Assembly: GCA_040758595.1 (NCBI GenBank)
Contig: JBFLVJ010000002.1
Coordinates: forward strand, 38,504-102,503
Direction: 5' to 3'
DNA length: 64,000 nt
Source of the DNA: Candidatus Micrarchaeota archaeon
GTDB taxonomy: Archaea > Micrarchaeota > Micrarchaeia > Anstonellales > Bilamarchaeaceae
The position numbers were made by a program, and so were the translations under genes. Position 1 is the first letter of the stretch, and every line of letters starts with the position of its first letter. Under the pieces are notes generated by a model that was given only the letters and a program-made list of their open reading frames with translations, did not search any database and was not told the DNA's origin. This document shows positions 37,308 to 46,703 of this stretch, in pieces.

Positions 37308-38386
37308 CTCCACACCCCATTGACAGGAGTTTTGCAGAACCTGCACTTCCCGCCTTTGATATCGTCCTTCTCCACGCTGAAATACACCCGCTTGATGAGC
37401 GGCTTGCCGCATTCCGGGTTCGGGCAATATGTCGTCTCATACTCGGAATAGCTCGCGGACACGTTTCCGCAATAGACATGCTTCAGCCCTGCCGCCAACC
37501 CTATCTCGCGAGCCCTGACCAGCGTCTCGGGCGGCGTCGGCTCCTTGTCCATGAGCTTGTACGCTGGATAGAAAGCGGTAGCATGCCAGGGCATCTCCTT
37601 GTCTATCCCTGCGAGGAACGAAGCTATGTCCTTCATCTCCTTCTCGCTGTCGTTCAGGCCCGGTATGAAGAGCGTGGTCACTTCCACCCAGAACCCCATC
37701 TCCTTCGCGCGCCTGATGGATTCCTTCACTGGCCCGATGGACGGCACCCTGCATGTCTCCCGATAGAACCTCTCGGTGAACGCCTTCAGGTCTATGTTGA
37801 CCGCGTCTATGCTGCCTTTTATCGCATCCCAGCATTCCTTGGATTCGTAGCCGTTGGTGACATAGACGCCTTTCAGGCCTTTCTTCCTGGCGAGCTTCAT
37901 GACATCGAGCGCATACTCGGTGAATATGGTCGGCTCATTATACGTGAACGATATCGACTCGCACCCGCTTCTTGCGGCCTCGTCCACCACCCGCTCGGGC
38001 GGCCACTCCTCGCAGTTCTTGATGATGCTCTCGAAGAACTTCCTCCATCTGGCAGGGTCCTTCTCCCTGGCCTCGTGCGGGGCCTGGCTGATGTCCCAGT
38101 TCTGGCAATGACCGCATTGATAATTACAGCCGAACGTCCCGATGGAGAAGCTCTTGCTCCCCGGCAGGAAATGGAAAAGCGGCTTCTTTTCTATGGGGTC
38201 GATATTGACCGCGCAGGGCCTGCCATAGACCGTGAGCTTCAGCCTGCCCTTCTCGTTCACCCTGACGCCGCACACCCCTGCCTGGCCTTCGGGTATCTTG
38301 CAGTACCAGCTGCAGGCGGTGCATTGCAGCTTCCCGTCCACCGTCCTGCTCAGCATCTTCATGGAATGGCTTCGAGCCGAGCCCAT
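37304..38386 (-). CDS. amrS: AmmeMemoRadiSam radical SAM enzyme
   Basis: DPIEKKPLFHF, GCNYQCGHCQNWDISQ, TYNEP. Confidence 0.93.
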   Translation of the reverse strand: MGSARSHSMKMLSRTVDGKLQCTACSWYCKIPEGQAGVCGVRVNEKGRLKLTVYGRPCAVNIDPIEKKPLFHFLPGSKSFSIGTFGCNYQCGHCQNWDISQAPHEAREKDPARWRKFFESIIKNCEEWPPERVVDEAARSGCESISFTYNEPTIFTEYALDVMKLARKKGLKGVYVTNGYESKECWDAIKGSIDAVNIDLKAFTERFYRETCRVPSIGPVKESIRRAKEMGFWVEVTTLFIPGLNDSEKEMKDIASFLAGIDKEMPWHATAFYPAYKLMDKEPTPPETLVRAREIGLAAGLKHVYCGNVSASYSEYETTYCPNPECGKPLIKRVYFSVEKDDIKGGKCRFCKTPVNGVWR

Positions 38387-38469
38387 ATAAGTCTTTCCGG
38401 GCTTCTTACGCCCTTAAAAACCTAACGACTCATACTAACTAGGTTTCTAGTTAGATATCGGTGATTTTA

Positions 38470-39003
38470 ATGGGTATCAGACCTGCAAAAGCCATCAGGG
38501 ATGCTGACAAAGTGGCCTGGACACGGTTCTCCAGGAGCAGACCGCGCAAGTCCTTCATAAAGGCCATGCCGCATGCCAACCTCCACCAGTACAGGATGGG
38601 CGCCATGAAGCCGGACTTCGACCTGGAAGTGAGCCTGGTCAGCGACGAGCCGGTCATAATCCGCGACAACGCCATCGAGAGCGCGAGGCAGAGCTCCAAC
38701 AAGTATCTGGAGTCCGTTGCCCCGGGCAACTACTACTTCGTGGTCAGGGTCTATCCCCACCACGTCATCAGGGAGAACAAGATGATAGCAGGAGCCGGCG
38801 CGGACCGTCTCCAGAAGGGCATGCGCAGGGCTTTCGGAAGGCCGACCGGAAAGGCCGCGAGGCTCAAGAAGGGCAGCAAGCTCTTCACGGTCTACACCTA
38901 CAAGGCCAACGCTCCGCACCTCAAGAAAGCATTCGAGCGGGCGGTGCGCAAGCTCTCCGGCAAGTTCCGTGTGGTGGAGCAGGGCCAACAGCCGGCCGCG
39001 TGA
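38470..39003 (+). CDS. rpl10e: 50S ribosomal protein uL16 (L10e)
   Basis: IESARQ, RVYPHHVIRENK, AGADRLQKGMRRAFGRP. Confidence 0.96.
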   Translation: MGIRPAKAIRDADKVAWTRFSRSRPRKSFIKAMPHANLHQYRMGAMKPDFDLEVSLVSDEPVIIRDNAIESARQSSNKYLESVAPGNYYFVVRVYPHHVIRENKMIAGAGADRLQKGMRRAFGRPTGKAARLKKGSKLFTVYTYKANAPHLKKAFERAVRKLSGKFRVVEQGQQPAA

Positions 39004-39077
39004 GGGTTGCTTGTTCCGGGTTCTGGGTTTCGTGTTTTGTCCAAAACCCAAGACCGGAAACTGGAAACCCGAAACCA
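39004..39077. repeat. Inverted array of degenerate 7-mer repeats
   Basis: TGTTCCG GGTTCTG GGTTTCG TGTTT TGTCC AAAACCC AAGACCG GAAACTG GAAACCC GAAACC. Confidence 0.8.
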
Positions 39078-39218
39078 CTGGCGTCTGTTCGGTATGGCTG
39101 CGCTTTCTGGCGCTTCTGGCCGCCGAAGGCGCTTCCTGAATTTTGGCTTTTTGTGTTTTCTTGTGGTCATATCTTTATAAACTTTGCCTTGCTATATTAC
39201 TACGGGTGAGGTGAGTTT

Positions 39219-41168
39219 TTGGTAGAGGATAGGATCACAGTCGACGAACCGCTGATCAGCACTGATGTGGACAGCCTTATCAGGACCATCGCAGAGAAGA
39301 AGAAGGTCCAGCTCGAAGATCTGAGGCGCGAGTGCAGGATAGACAAGAAGACCATGGACAAGTGGATCGCCGTCCTGGAGGACGAAGGATACATAGACGT
39401 CAAGTACGGCCTCGGCGGCACCAGCATCATCTGGCGCTCGGTCTCTGGAGGCGTCCAGTCCTCTGTAGAGGCCCCGGAGAGGGCCCCGATGTCCTCTCTC
39501 AGGCCAACGCGCATGGTCCCGGAAGCGCGCGTTCCAGAGGGGACGGCCGAGGAGGCTGTTTCGGATGCGGATGAGCCAGCTGACCGGGAGAGCGGGTCCG
39601 AGGAAAAAAGCCTCGCCCACCAGAACCCCGAATTCACATCAGCCGAGCCTCTTGAAGAGATCACCGCGGCTCCAGAGGAGCCCGAAGAGCTTTTGAGCAG
39701 GTACCTCGCCAAGAAGCGCGATGGGGCCGAAGACATAGATTCATTGAAATCCAGCATATTGACAAGCATGGATGATTCATCCAAGCAGGCTGAAGCCGAA
39801 ATCGTCCCGGATGCGGACGAGGAGGACGCGAAGCCCGAGGATGAAGGGCCGGCGCTGGAGATCCTGGACGAAGGGGATTCCGGAGATGAAGAAGTATCCG
39901 GCGAAGAGACCTCAGACGACAAGGCAGAGCTGACGTTCCCGCCCGAAAAGCCTGAGGATAAGCATGAAGAGATGCCGACCATAAGGCCGACAAGGGCCAG
40001 GCCCCCGAGCATCGATGTGCGCGAATTCATGTCCGGCTATCTGGACGAGATAAACAAAGAGAAGAACACCATCGAGCGCCTCAAGAAGGAGAAAGAGGAG
40101 CTCTACCGCGACCGTGTCGCGGCCATGGAGGGCCGCATGCAGGCCGACGTGGTGGTGCTGACCGAGAAGGTCGTAGAAGCCCAGAGCAGGCTGGCCGACC
40201 TGAAGGAGCACGTCCTTGAGCTGCCGGACAAGGTGGATGAATTGGACCGGCTCCAGAAGCAGATGGAAGCCCTGCGCGCCGAGGGCAGGGACGCTCTCGA
40301 GAGGACCCGCGAGAACGCGGATGATTTCCTCTCCCGCCTGCAGGATTCCAAATCAGAGGTGGAGGAGAAACTATCCCAGGCGGGCCTTGACCTGGATTCA
40401 TACTCGGGCAAGATGAAGGAGCTGGAGAGGCTCAATTCATCGCTTGATAGCCGCTCGGTGAAGCTCAAATCCGCCCTGGACTCAGCCAAGTCCCAGGCCG
40501 AGGAGCTGAACGGCGCGATAGCAGCGCTCACTTCGGAGCTTGAGGCCATGGAGAAGGCGAAGGCCGAGATATCCCAGACCGTGGAGACGGCGCGTGCGAG
40601 CGTGGCCGAGCGCGGCTCCGAGCTGGAATCCCTCCAGCAGGAAATCGAGGGCATCGAGCGCATGGAGCATTGGGTGCAGGAGTATGTGCGCGATTACGAG
40701 CAGAAGATAGGGGAGGTGGAGAACTATGTCTCCAAAAGCGATGACGAGATGGCCGAGCTGAAGGAGGCCGCCGAATCGCTCTACCTCAAGAAATATCTGG
40801 GCGAATTGGAGAGCATGACCGAGGCCTACCAGGCCGAGCTCGAGGATGCGGTCTCCCAAGAGGCTTCTATCGAACAGAAGATAGCAGAATCCCGCGACCG
40901 TATAACCGAGCTGGTCAAGGAGAGCCAGGAGATGATCCGCAAGGTGAGGGAGGATTCGCCCGATGCCGGCGAGAAGGAGTTCGGCATCCTTGTGGCCAAG
41001 GCCAAGGCTAAGACGGCCATGACCCGCCGCCTGGTGGAGGAGAAGCAGAACGAGCGCAGGAATCTGGCAACGGAGTCCGACCATACGAGCAAGAGCGCGA
41101 AGATCAGGCCCTCCCAGAGAAAGCCGCTCAGGAAGAAGAGCGCGGCCGCCAAGAAGAAGAGGAAATGA
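39219..41168 (+). CDS. Long coiled-coil protein with N-terminal wHTH-like domain
   Basis: TDVDSLI...WIAVLEDEGYIDVKY head, acidic linker, extended heptad-rich region, Lys/Arg tail. Confidence 0.75.
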   Translation: MVEDRITVDEPLISTDVDSLIRTIAEKKKVQLEDLRRECRIDKKTMDKWIAVLEDEGYIDVKYGLGGTSIIWRSVSGGVQSSVEAPERAPMSSLRPTRMVPEARVPEGTAEEAVSDADEPADRESGSEEKSLAHQNPEFTSAEPLEEITAAPEEPEELLSRYLAKKRDGAEDIDSLKSSILTSMDDSSKQAEAEIVPDADEEDAKPEDEGPALEILDEGDSGDEEVSGEETSDDKAELTFPPEKPEDKHEEMPTIRPTRARPPSIDVREFMSGYLDEINKEKNTIERLKKEKEELYRDRVAAMEGRMQADVVVLTEKVVEAQSRLADLKEHVLELPDKVDELDRLQKQMEALRAEGRDALERTRENADDFLSRLQDSKSEVEEKLSQAGLDLDSYSGKMKELERLNSSLDSRSVKLKSALDSAKSQAEELNGAIAALTSELEAMEKAKAEISQTVETARASVAERGSELESLQQEIEGIERMEHWVQEYVRDYEQKIGEVENYVSKSDDEMAELKEAAESLYLKKYLGELESMTEAYQAELEDAVSQEASIEQKIAESRDRITELVKESQEMIRKVREDSPDAGEKEFGILVAKAKAKTAMTRRLVEEKQNERRNLATESDHTSKSAKIRPSQRKPLRKKSAAAKKKRK

Positions 41169-41172
41169 GCGC

Positions 41173-41931
41173 ATGAGGCGGCGTCCCTTGCATCCTTCCA
41201 TTTCACCAACGGGCGCTCTAGCATCCTTAGCGCTTTCGGCAGGCTTGGCGATATCCTGCGGCAAAAGCGAGGCGCCTGCCAAAAAACCGAGAGCGTTCGA
41301 GGCGCCTAAGGATTCAATGGTGGCAGGTCCTGAAGCCGCAATCAAGAGGAGCGACGTGCCCAAGATCGAGAGCAGGATCATAAAAGCCGGAGACTACATG
41401 CTCTACCGGAATGTCCTCGGGGATGGGACCGATTCACAGCTCGACGTCTTCCGGGTCCTCGATTCCGGAGTGGAATTCAAGGTCGGGGGAGACTTCGCGG
41501 CCGAGCGTCCGGATAGGGTGCTGTTCGTGAAATACGGCGAGCGGAAGGAAGCGGCGACGTTCCTGCTGGAGGCGGATACGGAAGTGCGCAAAGGCAAGCA
41601 GGCCGGAGCGGCAGAGCTCATCCTCACCTATTTGCCCAAGGACAAGCGAGATGTCTGTTTCAGGAAGGGCTCCAAGACGCTCAAGAGCGGGGAGCATCTC
41701 TTCAAGGACAGCCTCCTCTTCAGCAGGAGAAGCCGCAATTCGCTCAAGCTGGTGCGCGCCAATCTATGGGGCGTGGAGCTGGAATGGGACGGGAAAGAGA
41801 AGCACACCTGGATAAAGTTCGGCAAGAGAAGGAGTTATGGCGAGAACCTGCTGACCGTCACTATAACGCCCAGATACGGGGGAACGCCAGGCAGCGCGGC
41901 ATTTGATACCATCTATCCCGTCCTCGAATAG
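41173..41931 (+). CDS. Hypothetical exported protein or lipoprotein
   Basis: Hydrophobic N-terminal segment ending LAISC. Confidence 0.6.
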   Translation: MRRRPLHPSISPTGALASLALSAGLAISCGKSEAPAKKPRAFEAPKDSMVAGPEAAIKRSDVPKIESRIIKAGDYMLYRNVLGDGTDSQLDVFRVLDSGVEFKVGGDFAAERPDRVLFVKYGERKEAATFLLEADTEVRKGKQAGAAELILTYLPKDKRDVCFRKGSKTLKSGEHLFKDSLLFSRRSRNSLKLVRANLWGVELEWDGKEKHTWIKFGKRRSYGENLLTVTITPRYGGTPGSAAFDTIYPVLE

Positions 41932-41934
41932 ATG

Positions 41935-42531
41935 CTAGAGCCTCAGCTGCTCTCTCTTTTCGCTCCTGCTACGCGCATCATCCACCATGGCCAGCCAGGA
42001 ATCCCCTATCTTCATGAAATAGTTGCCGAAAGTCTTGGAGAGCGATATCCGCATGGGCCTGAATTTCCGTTTGCTCTCCACGGCCACCACGGTGTCCCGC
42101 TCGACCTTGACCATCCCGACCCGCTTCAGCCTGGGCAGGACGCGGTTGTAGAATGTCGCCTTGGAGACCTCGTTCTCCCGCACATAAGCCGCTATCTCCT
42201 CGCCTGACACCTGCGTCTTTCCTGAAAGCAGGTTCAGGAAGCCAAGCGCTATCTCATAGTATCTCGGCTGGTACTTCTTGGAGAATATGAAATTGGTCAA
42301 TTCCTCGACGTTCCAGGGGTTCCTGGTGAGGTTCTCGTTCCGATCCTGGAATGAGCGCAGCTCGTCGCTGTCATGCCGGGGGAGATAGATCGATTCGGAG
42401 GACGGCACTCCCCGGGAGGAGATGAGTTTCGGGTTCTGGGTCTCGTGTTTCGGGTCTTGTCTCTCGGGTTCCGTATCATCGGTCTCCTGTTCCCGGTTCC
42501 CGGCCGCCGGTTCTGTGTCCTGCTCGCTCAT
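41935..42531 (-). CDS. Winged-helix-like protein; N-terminus encoded by 7-mer repeat tract
   Basis: VSKATFYNRVLPRLKRVGMV wHTH-like motif. Confidence 0.65.
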   Translation of the reverse strand: MSEQDTEPAAGNREQETDDTEPERQDPKHETQNPKLISSRGVPSSESIYLPRHDSDELRSFQDRNENLTRNPWNVEELTNFIFSKKYQPRYYEIALGFLNLLSGKTQVSGEEIAAYVRENEVSKATFYNRVLPRLKRVGMVKVERDTVVAVESKRKFRPMRISLSKTFGNYFMKIGDSWLAMVDDARSRSEKREQLRL

Positions 42532-42579
42532 GCTGGGAAATAGCGAAGAATGAATAAAAGGTTTACCGTCACGGTGGAG

Positions 42580-42891
42580 CTATTCGCCGAAGATAGAGCC
42601 GAGCCCGCCCTCGGCGGCCTCCTCTTCCTGCCGTATCTTCTCCGCGATCCTCTTCTCGACATCTGCAGGGGCGGGCTTGGCGACGTCCTTCAGCCTCTCA
42701 TCCGCTTTCTTGATGAAGTCGTCCGCGGCCTTGATGTAGATATACGTCTTGGTCTTGTCCTCTTCCAGGACTCCCCCGTCCTTCACCTTGTAGCCCACCC
42801 GGGCGAAGCTGTCGTCAGCGTAGGGGTCGGCCTCCAGTATCTTGGTCAGCTCTGCCTTCTTTCCGGATTCGCATTCGTACACCCGTATCAT
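42580..42891 (-). CDS. Hypothetical protein
   Basis: Clean ORF ending EEEAAEGGLGSIFGE; overlaps upstream stop. Confidence 0.7.
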   Translation of the reverse strand: MIRVYECESGKKAELTKILEADPYADDSFARVGYKVKDGGVLEEDKTKTYIYIKAADDFIKKADERLKDVAKPAPADVEKRIAEKIRQEEEAAEGGLGSIFGE

Positions 42892-43631
42892 TCTTCCTCT
42901 CCCTCCTTGAGCTTGAGCGAATCCTCCATCATGACCGCCATGGCCGCATAGAGCAGCGGGTAAGCGAAGAATATGGTCACGAACTGGACGAACGGTATGA
43001 AGTTCAGGGCCCAGACGATGGCGAACATCACATACATGCCGATGAAGAAGATGTGCTTCCTGCGCATGAACTCGAATGCATGCTTCATGGCGGCATAGGT
43101 GCCCATGTTGAAGGCTCCCGCAGCGATGAACGCAGGGGTGAAGAGCATGTGGACCACGAAGGTCACCGAGAGCACGTACATCCAGAGGAGCAGATCCATG
43201 TACTGGACTCCGTCCAGCATGTAGAGATACAGGCCGATGGCCGGCCCGGCCAATAGCAGCCAGAACAGGTCGCGCACCAGCATGATGCCGAACATCTCCA
43301 CGCTCTTCTCCAAGACATACGTGTAGAACTTGGTGAGGCTGGTCTTCTCATCCCAGACCGCCGAGCGGTAGGCCTTCGCAAGCGCCGCGTTCAGGCCGTT
43401 GGTGAAGAACACGAACACCAGGCCTATGACGCCGAATATGGCCATGGTCGGGAGCGAGTCCAGTTCCAGCGCCCGATCGAACATCGAGAGCACCATGAAA
43501 TAGGCTAGCAGCACCCCGACCGCCGCGAAGAAGAACGCGAGCAGCAGGATAATGTACATCAGGGAACTCCACACGAACAGGAACGGCTTCTTCGAATAGC
43601 TGTTGAACGCTTTCGTTATGCTCTCTATCAA
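42888..43631 (-). CDS. Multi-pass membrane protein
   Basis: Several hydrophobic segments. Confidence 0.75.
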   Translation of the reverse strand: MIESITKAFNSYSKKPFLFVWSSLMYIILLLAFFFAAVGVLLAYFMVLSMFDRALELDSLPTMAIFGVIGLVFVFFTNGLNAALAKAYRSAVWDEKTSLTKFYTYVLEKSVEMFGIMLVRDLFWLLLAGPAIGLYLYMLDGVQYMDLLLWMYVLSVTFVVHMLFTPAFIAAGAFNMGTYAAMKHAFEFMRRKHIFFIGMYVMFAIVWALNFIPFVQFVTIFFAYPLLYAAMAVMMEDSLKLKEGEEE

Positions 43632-43705
43632 GACGCCTCACCTTTCGATAGCTCTAACAAGGCAAATTATTTAAACTACGCTTCCGTTTGAGAATCAGGG
43701 ATATC

Positions 43706-45175
43706 ATGAATGTACCCAGATGCATGAGCACCCAGCACCCGGACAATGTCGCCACCCCATTCTTCTCCGACTCGGACATCCTCGCAGGGACCGCAGAGGT
43801 CAAGGAGGCGTTCTTCGTATTCTCCCAGCTCGGATGCAAAGAGCAGATGTGGGATTCAGAAGGCAAGGAGGCCGACAACCAGGTGGTGGAGAAACTGCTC
43901 TCGCGCTACCACGATTTCTTCTCCAAGAACAGGCTGGGCAAGGACCTTTTCCTCACCTACCGAGCTCCTAACCCCTCTGTCGAGAAGGCGCAGGGCAAGA
44001 TACTCCTGGAGACGCTGCACACCATCCCGCGCGCCTACGATGTGGCCTGCGCTGCAGGCATGGATGTGGCGCCGATATTCGAAGTGATAATCCCGATGAC
44101 CACGACGCACCTCGAGCTGCAGCGGGTGCGCGACTACTACGAGCAGGTCTTGATAGGACAGAAGACCATGAAGCTGGGAAAGGAGAGGATATCCGTCAAG
44201 GAGTGGGTGGGCGATTTCCAGCCTGAGCGCATCAACGTGATACCGCTCTTCGAGGACCTTCCATCGATGTGCGGCTGCGATTCCATCGTCTCGAAATATC
44301 TCTCAGGCATGAAGGATGTGGAGCACCAGCGCGTCTTCCTGGCAAGGAGCGACCCTGCCCTCAACTACGGCTCGGCGAGCGCGGTGCTGATATCCAAGAT
44401 AGCGCTCCAGAGGCTCCACGAGCTCGAGGAGAAGAGCTCCATAGACATCCTGCCGATAATCGGAGTGGGCGGCGCCCCCTTCCGCGGCAACTTCACCCCG
44501 CTGAATGTGAGCAATTGCGGCGAGGAATATCCGAGCGTCCAGACATACACCGTCCAGTCCTCGTTCAAGTACGACCACACGTTCCGGGACACGGCCAACG
44601 CCATAGATATCATCAACCACATGCACCGGAAGCCGCCTATCGCGATAGATGAGGAGCGCGCCCTCTCTTTCGTGAAGAAGATACGGAAGGAGTACGAGCT
44701 CCAGCTGCAGGAGATGGCGGATGTGATAAACGGAGTCTCCGTCTTCGTGCCTGGCAGGCGCGCGAGGAAATTGCACGTCGGTCTCTTCGGCTATTCCCGC
44801 CAGCCCATGAAAGGGATGAAGCTGCCCAGGGCGATAAAGTTCTGCGGTGCTTTCTACTCGATCGGCATCCCGCCGGAGCTCCTAGGCCTCTCGGCCCTCA
44901 GCGAGAAGGAGTTCGACGAGTTGCATTCCCTCTATGTGAAGCTGGACGAGGACCTCCTCGCAGCGACCAGATACCTGGATAAATCGAACCTCGGACGGAT
45001 GCCGGCCAAGGTCCGCGAGGGCATAAAGAAGGTGCTCTCCTGGATAGAGCCCGAGCCGGATGAGGACCACGCCCAGATAACCTCCAGGATTTACGAGAAT
45101 TTCCTGGCCGGCAGGCACACCAACCTGACCGAGGATGTCAAGGCCGCGGCATGGAAGCGGCGCTTCCTCGGCTGA
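43706..45175 (+). CDS. ppcA: Archaeal-type phosphoenolpyruvate carboxylase
   Basis: MSTQHPDN, MWDSEGK, FLARSDPALNYG, PFRGN, LPRAI.F. Confidence 0.95.
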   Translation: MNVPRCMSTQHPDNVATPFFSDSDILAGTAEVKEAFFVFSQLGCKEQMWDSEGKEADNQVVEKLLSRYHDFFSKNRLGKDLFLTYRAPNPSVEKAQGKILLETLHTIPRAYDVACAAGMDVAPIFEVIIPMTTTHLELQRVRDYYEQVLIGQKTMKLGKERISVKEWVGDFQPERINVIPLFEDLPSMCGCDSIVSKYLSGMKDVEHQRVFLARSDPALNYGSASAVLISKIALQRLHELEEKSSIDILPIIGVGGAPFRGNFTPLNVSNCGEEYPSVQTYTVQSSFKYDHTFRDTANAIDIINHMHRKPPIAIDEERALSFVKKIRKEYELQLQEMADVINGVSVFVPGRRARKLHVGLFGYSRQPMKGMKLPRAIKFCGAFYSIGIPPELLGLSALSEKEFDELHSLYVKLDEDLLAATRYLDKSNLGRMPAKVREGIKKVLSWIEPEPDEDHAQITSRIYENFLAGRHTNLTEDVKAAAWKRRFLG

Positions 45176-45253
45176 ACCCACCTTGAGCCAGTTAAGCGGA
45201 CATTTAAACATTCCTCCATATTATCACGTTCGAGACGCGGCAGGTGCCCCCAT

Positions 45254-46669
45254 ATGACAACACTCAGATACGTCACCAAGAGGGATGGCAGCAAGGAGCC
45301 ATTCGACCCGCTGAAGATAAAGCGGGCGATACGGAAAGCCGTCTTGGCTGTCAAGGGCTCGCACCGCCCGAGCGCGACCGCCACCCTCTTCACCATGGAG
45401 GTCGTCGGCAAGCTGAAGCATAGGTTCTCTTCCCAGGACGCCCCGCACGTGGAGACGATACAGGATGTGGTGGGCGATGTGCTGCATCACGACCTCGCCC
45501 GCGGCACAGGGTCCATATCCTCCAGGCCGGAGAGCCTGTGGATGGCATACATGCTATACCGTGAAGGGCACCGGCTGGTGCGGAACGGCGATCTGGAACC
45601 CGACAATTTCTATCCGGACACGAGGCCGATCGATAAGATAAACGCCTTGCGCGGCTGGAACCGCGAGATGGGATGCGATACGGTCAAGGGACTCAATGAC
45701 TGGGCGCTCCGGCGCGATATGCGCGAGTTGATCGTTGCTGCCGAGAGACGTAGCGACGAGGAGCTGATCCAGGTCGTTGAGAAGCTCGATAGCGCCCTCA
45801 AGGAGGGTCGGCTCAAGGCGATTCTCATGACCGGGCCATCATCATCGGGCAAGACAGTGACCACAAGAAGGGCGGTCCATCTGCTATCGAAGCTGCACCG
45901 CGGGATAAAGTTCGTCCCCATGGAAGTCGACATGTACTTCAGGGACAACCGCTACAGCGAGACGCTCTATTACGATGTGGATGGGAAGAGGGTCAAGGAC
46001 GTCAACTTCGAGCTTCCAGAGACCTACGATATCCCTCTCTTCAACGAGCACCTGGCTGCCCTGCTAAGAGGGGAATCCATCATGGTGCCAAGATACAACT
46101 TCTCCAGCGGGCGGAGGGAGGGCGAGAGCCACCCGCTCTCCCTAGGCGAGAACGAGGTGCTGCTGATTGACTGCATGCACGCCCTCTTCCCGGCCCTCAC
46201 AGAAGCCATACCCGCAGAGATGAAGACCAAGGTGTTCATAGAGCCGCTATCGGTCCTGTCGGACTCCAACGGACAGCCAGTCTACCTGACCGATATCCGC
46301 CTGATGCGCAGGCTCATCCGGGATGTGCGGATGCGCGGATATCCCATGGCCACCACCCTTTGGCATTGGCACCTGGTGCGCAAGGGCGAAAGGTTCATAC
46401 TACCTTATGTGCACAGCGCAGATATATTCATAGACAGCGGCCTGCCTTACGAGACGCCGGTGCTAAAACGGTTCGTGGAGGCCGAGATCAAGGCGCTCCT
46501 GCCTCTATTCGAGCGCAACCCGGACCTCTTCGACGGCAGGGAGAGGGCCAAGCGGATACTCCGGCTGCTATCGCAGCTGCATCCTGCATCCGAGACGCAT
46601 CTGGACGATATCCCTCCGGGTTCGGTCCTGCGCGAGTTCATAGGGGGGAGCATGTTCTTCGACAAGTGA
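45254..46669 (+). CDS. ATP-cone domain fused to uridine kinase-like P-loop domain
   Basis: VTKRDGSKEPFD..KI..AI ATP cone; TGPSSSGKT; RLMRRLIRD..RG; REFIGGS. Confidence 0.82.
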   Translation: MTTLRYVTKRDGSKEPFDPLKIKRAIRKAVLAVKGSHRPSATATLFTMEVVGKLKHRFSSQDAPHVETIQDVVGDVLHHDLARGTGSISSRPESLWMAYMLYREGHRLVRNGDLEPDNFYPDTRPIDKINALRGWNREMGCDTVKGLNDWALRRDMRELIVAAERRSDEELIQVVEKLDSALKEGRLKAILMTGPSSSGKTVTTRRAVHLLSKLHRGIKFVPMEVDMYFRDNRYSETLYYDVDGKRVKDVNFELPETYDIPLFNEHLAALLRGESIMVPRYNFSSGRREGESHPLSLGENEVLLIDCMHALFPALTEAIPAEMKTKVFIEPLSVLSDSNGQPVYLTDIRLMRRLIRDVRMRGYPMATTLWHWHLVRKGERFILPYVHSADIFIDSGLPYETPVLKRFVEAEIKALLPLFERNPDLFDGRERAKRILRLLSQLHPASETHLDDIPPGSVLREFIGGSMFFDK

Positions 46670-46703
46670 TGCCTGTTTTAAGGATTTCCGGCCTATCCTA
46701 TCC

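Noticed and set aside
9137..39077. Heptamer arrays as CRISPR repeats
   Set aside because: Units are 7 nt, degenerate and lack unique spacers; no cas genes are present.
38898..39170. Basic 90-aa minus-strand ORF (MTTRKHKKPKF...)
   Set aside because: It runs through the heptamer array and overlaps rpl10e antisense; no independent support.
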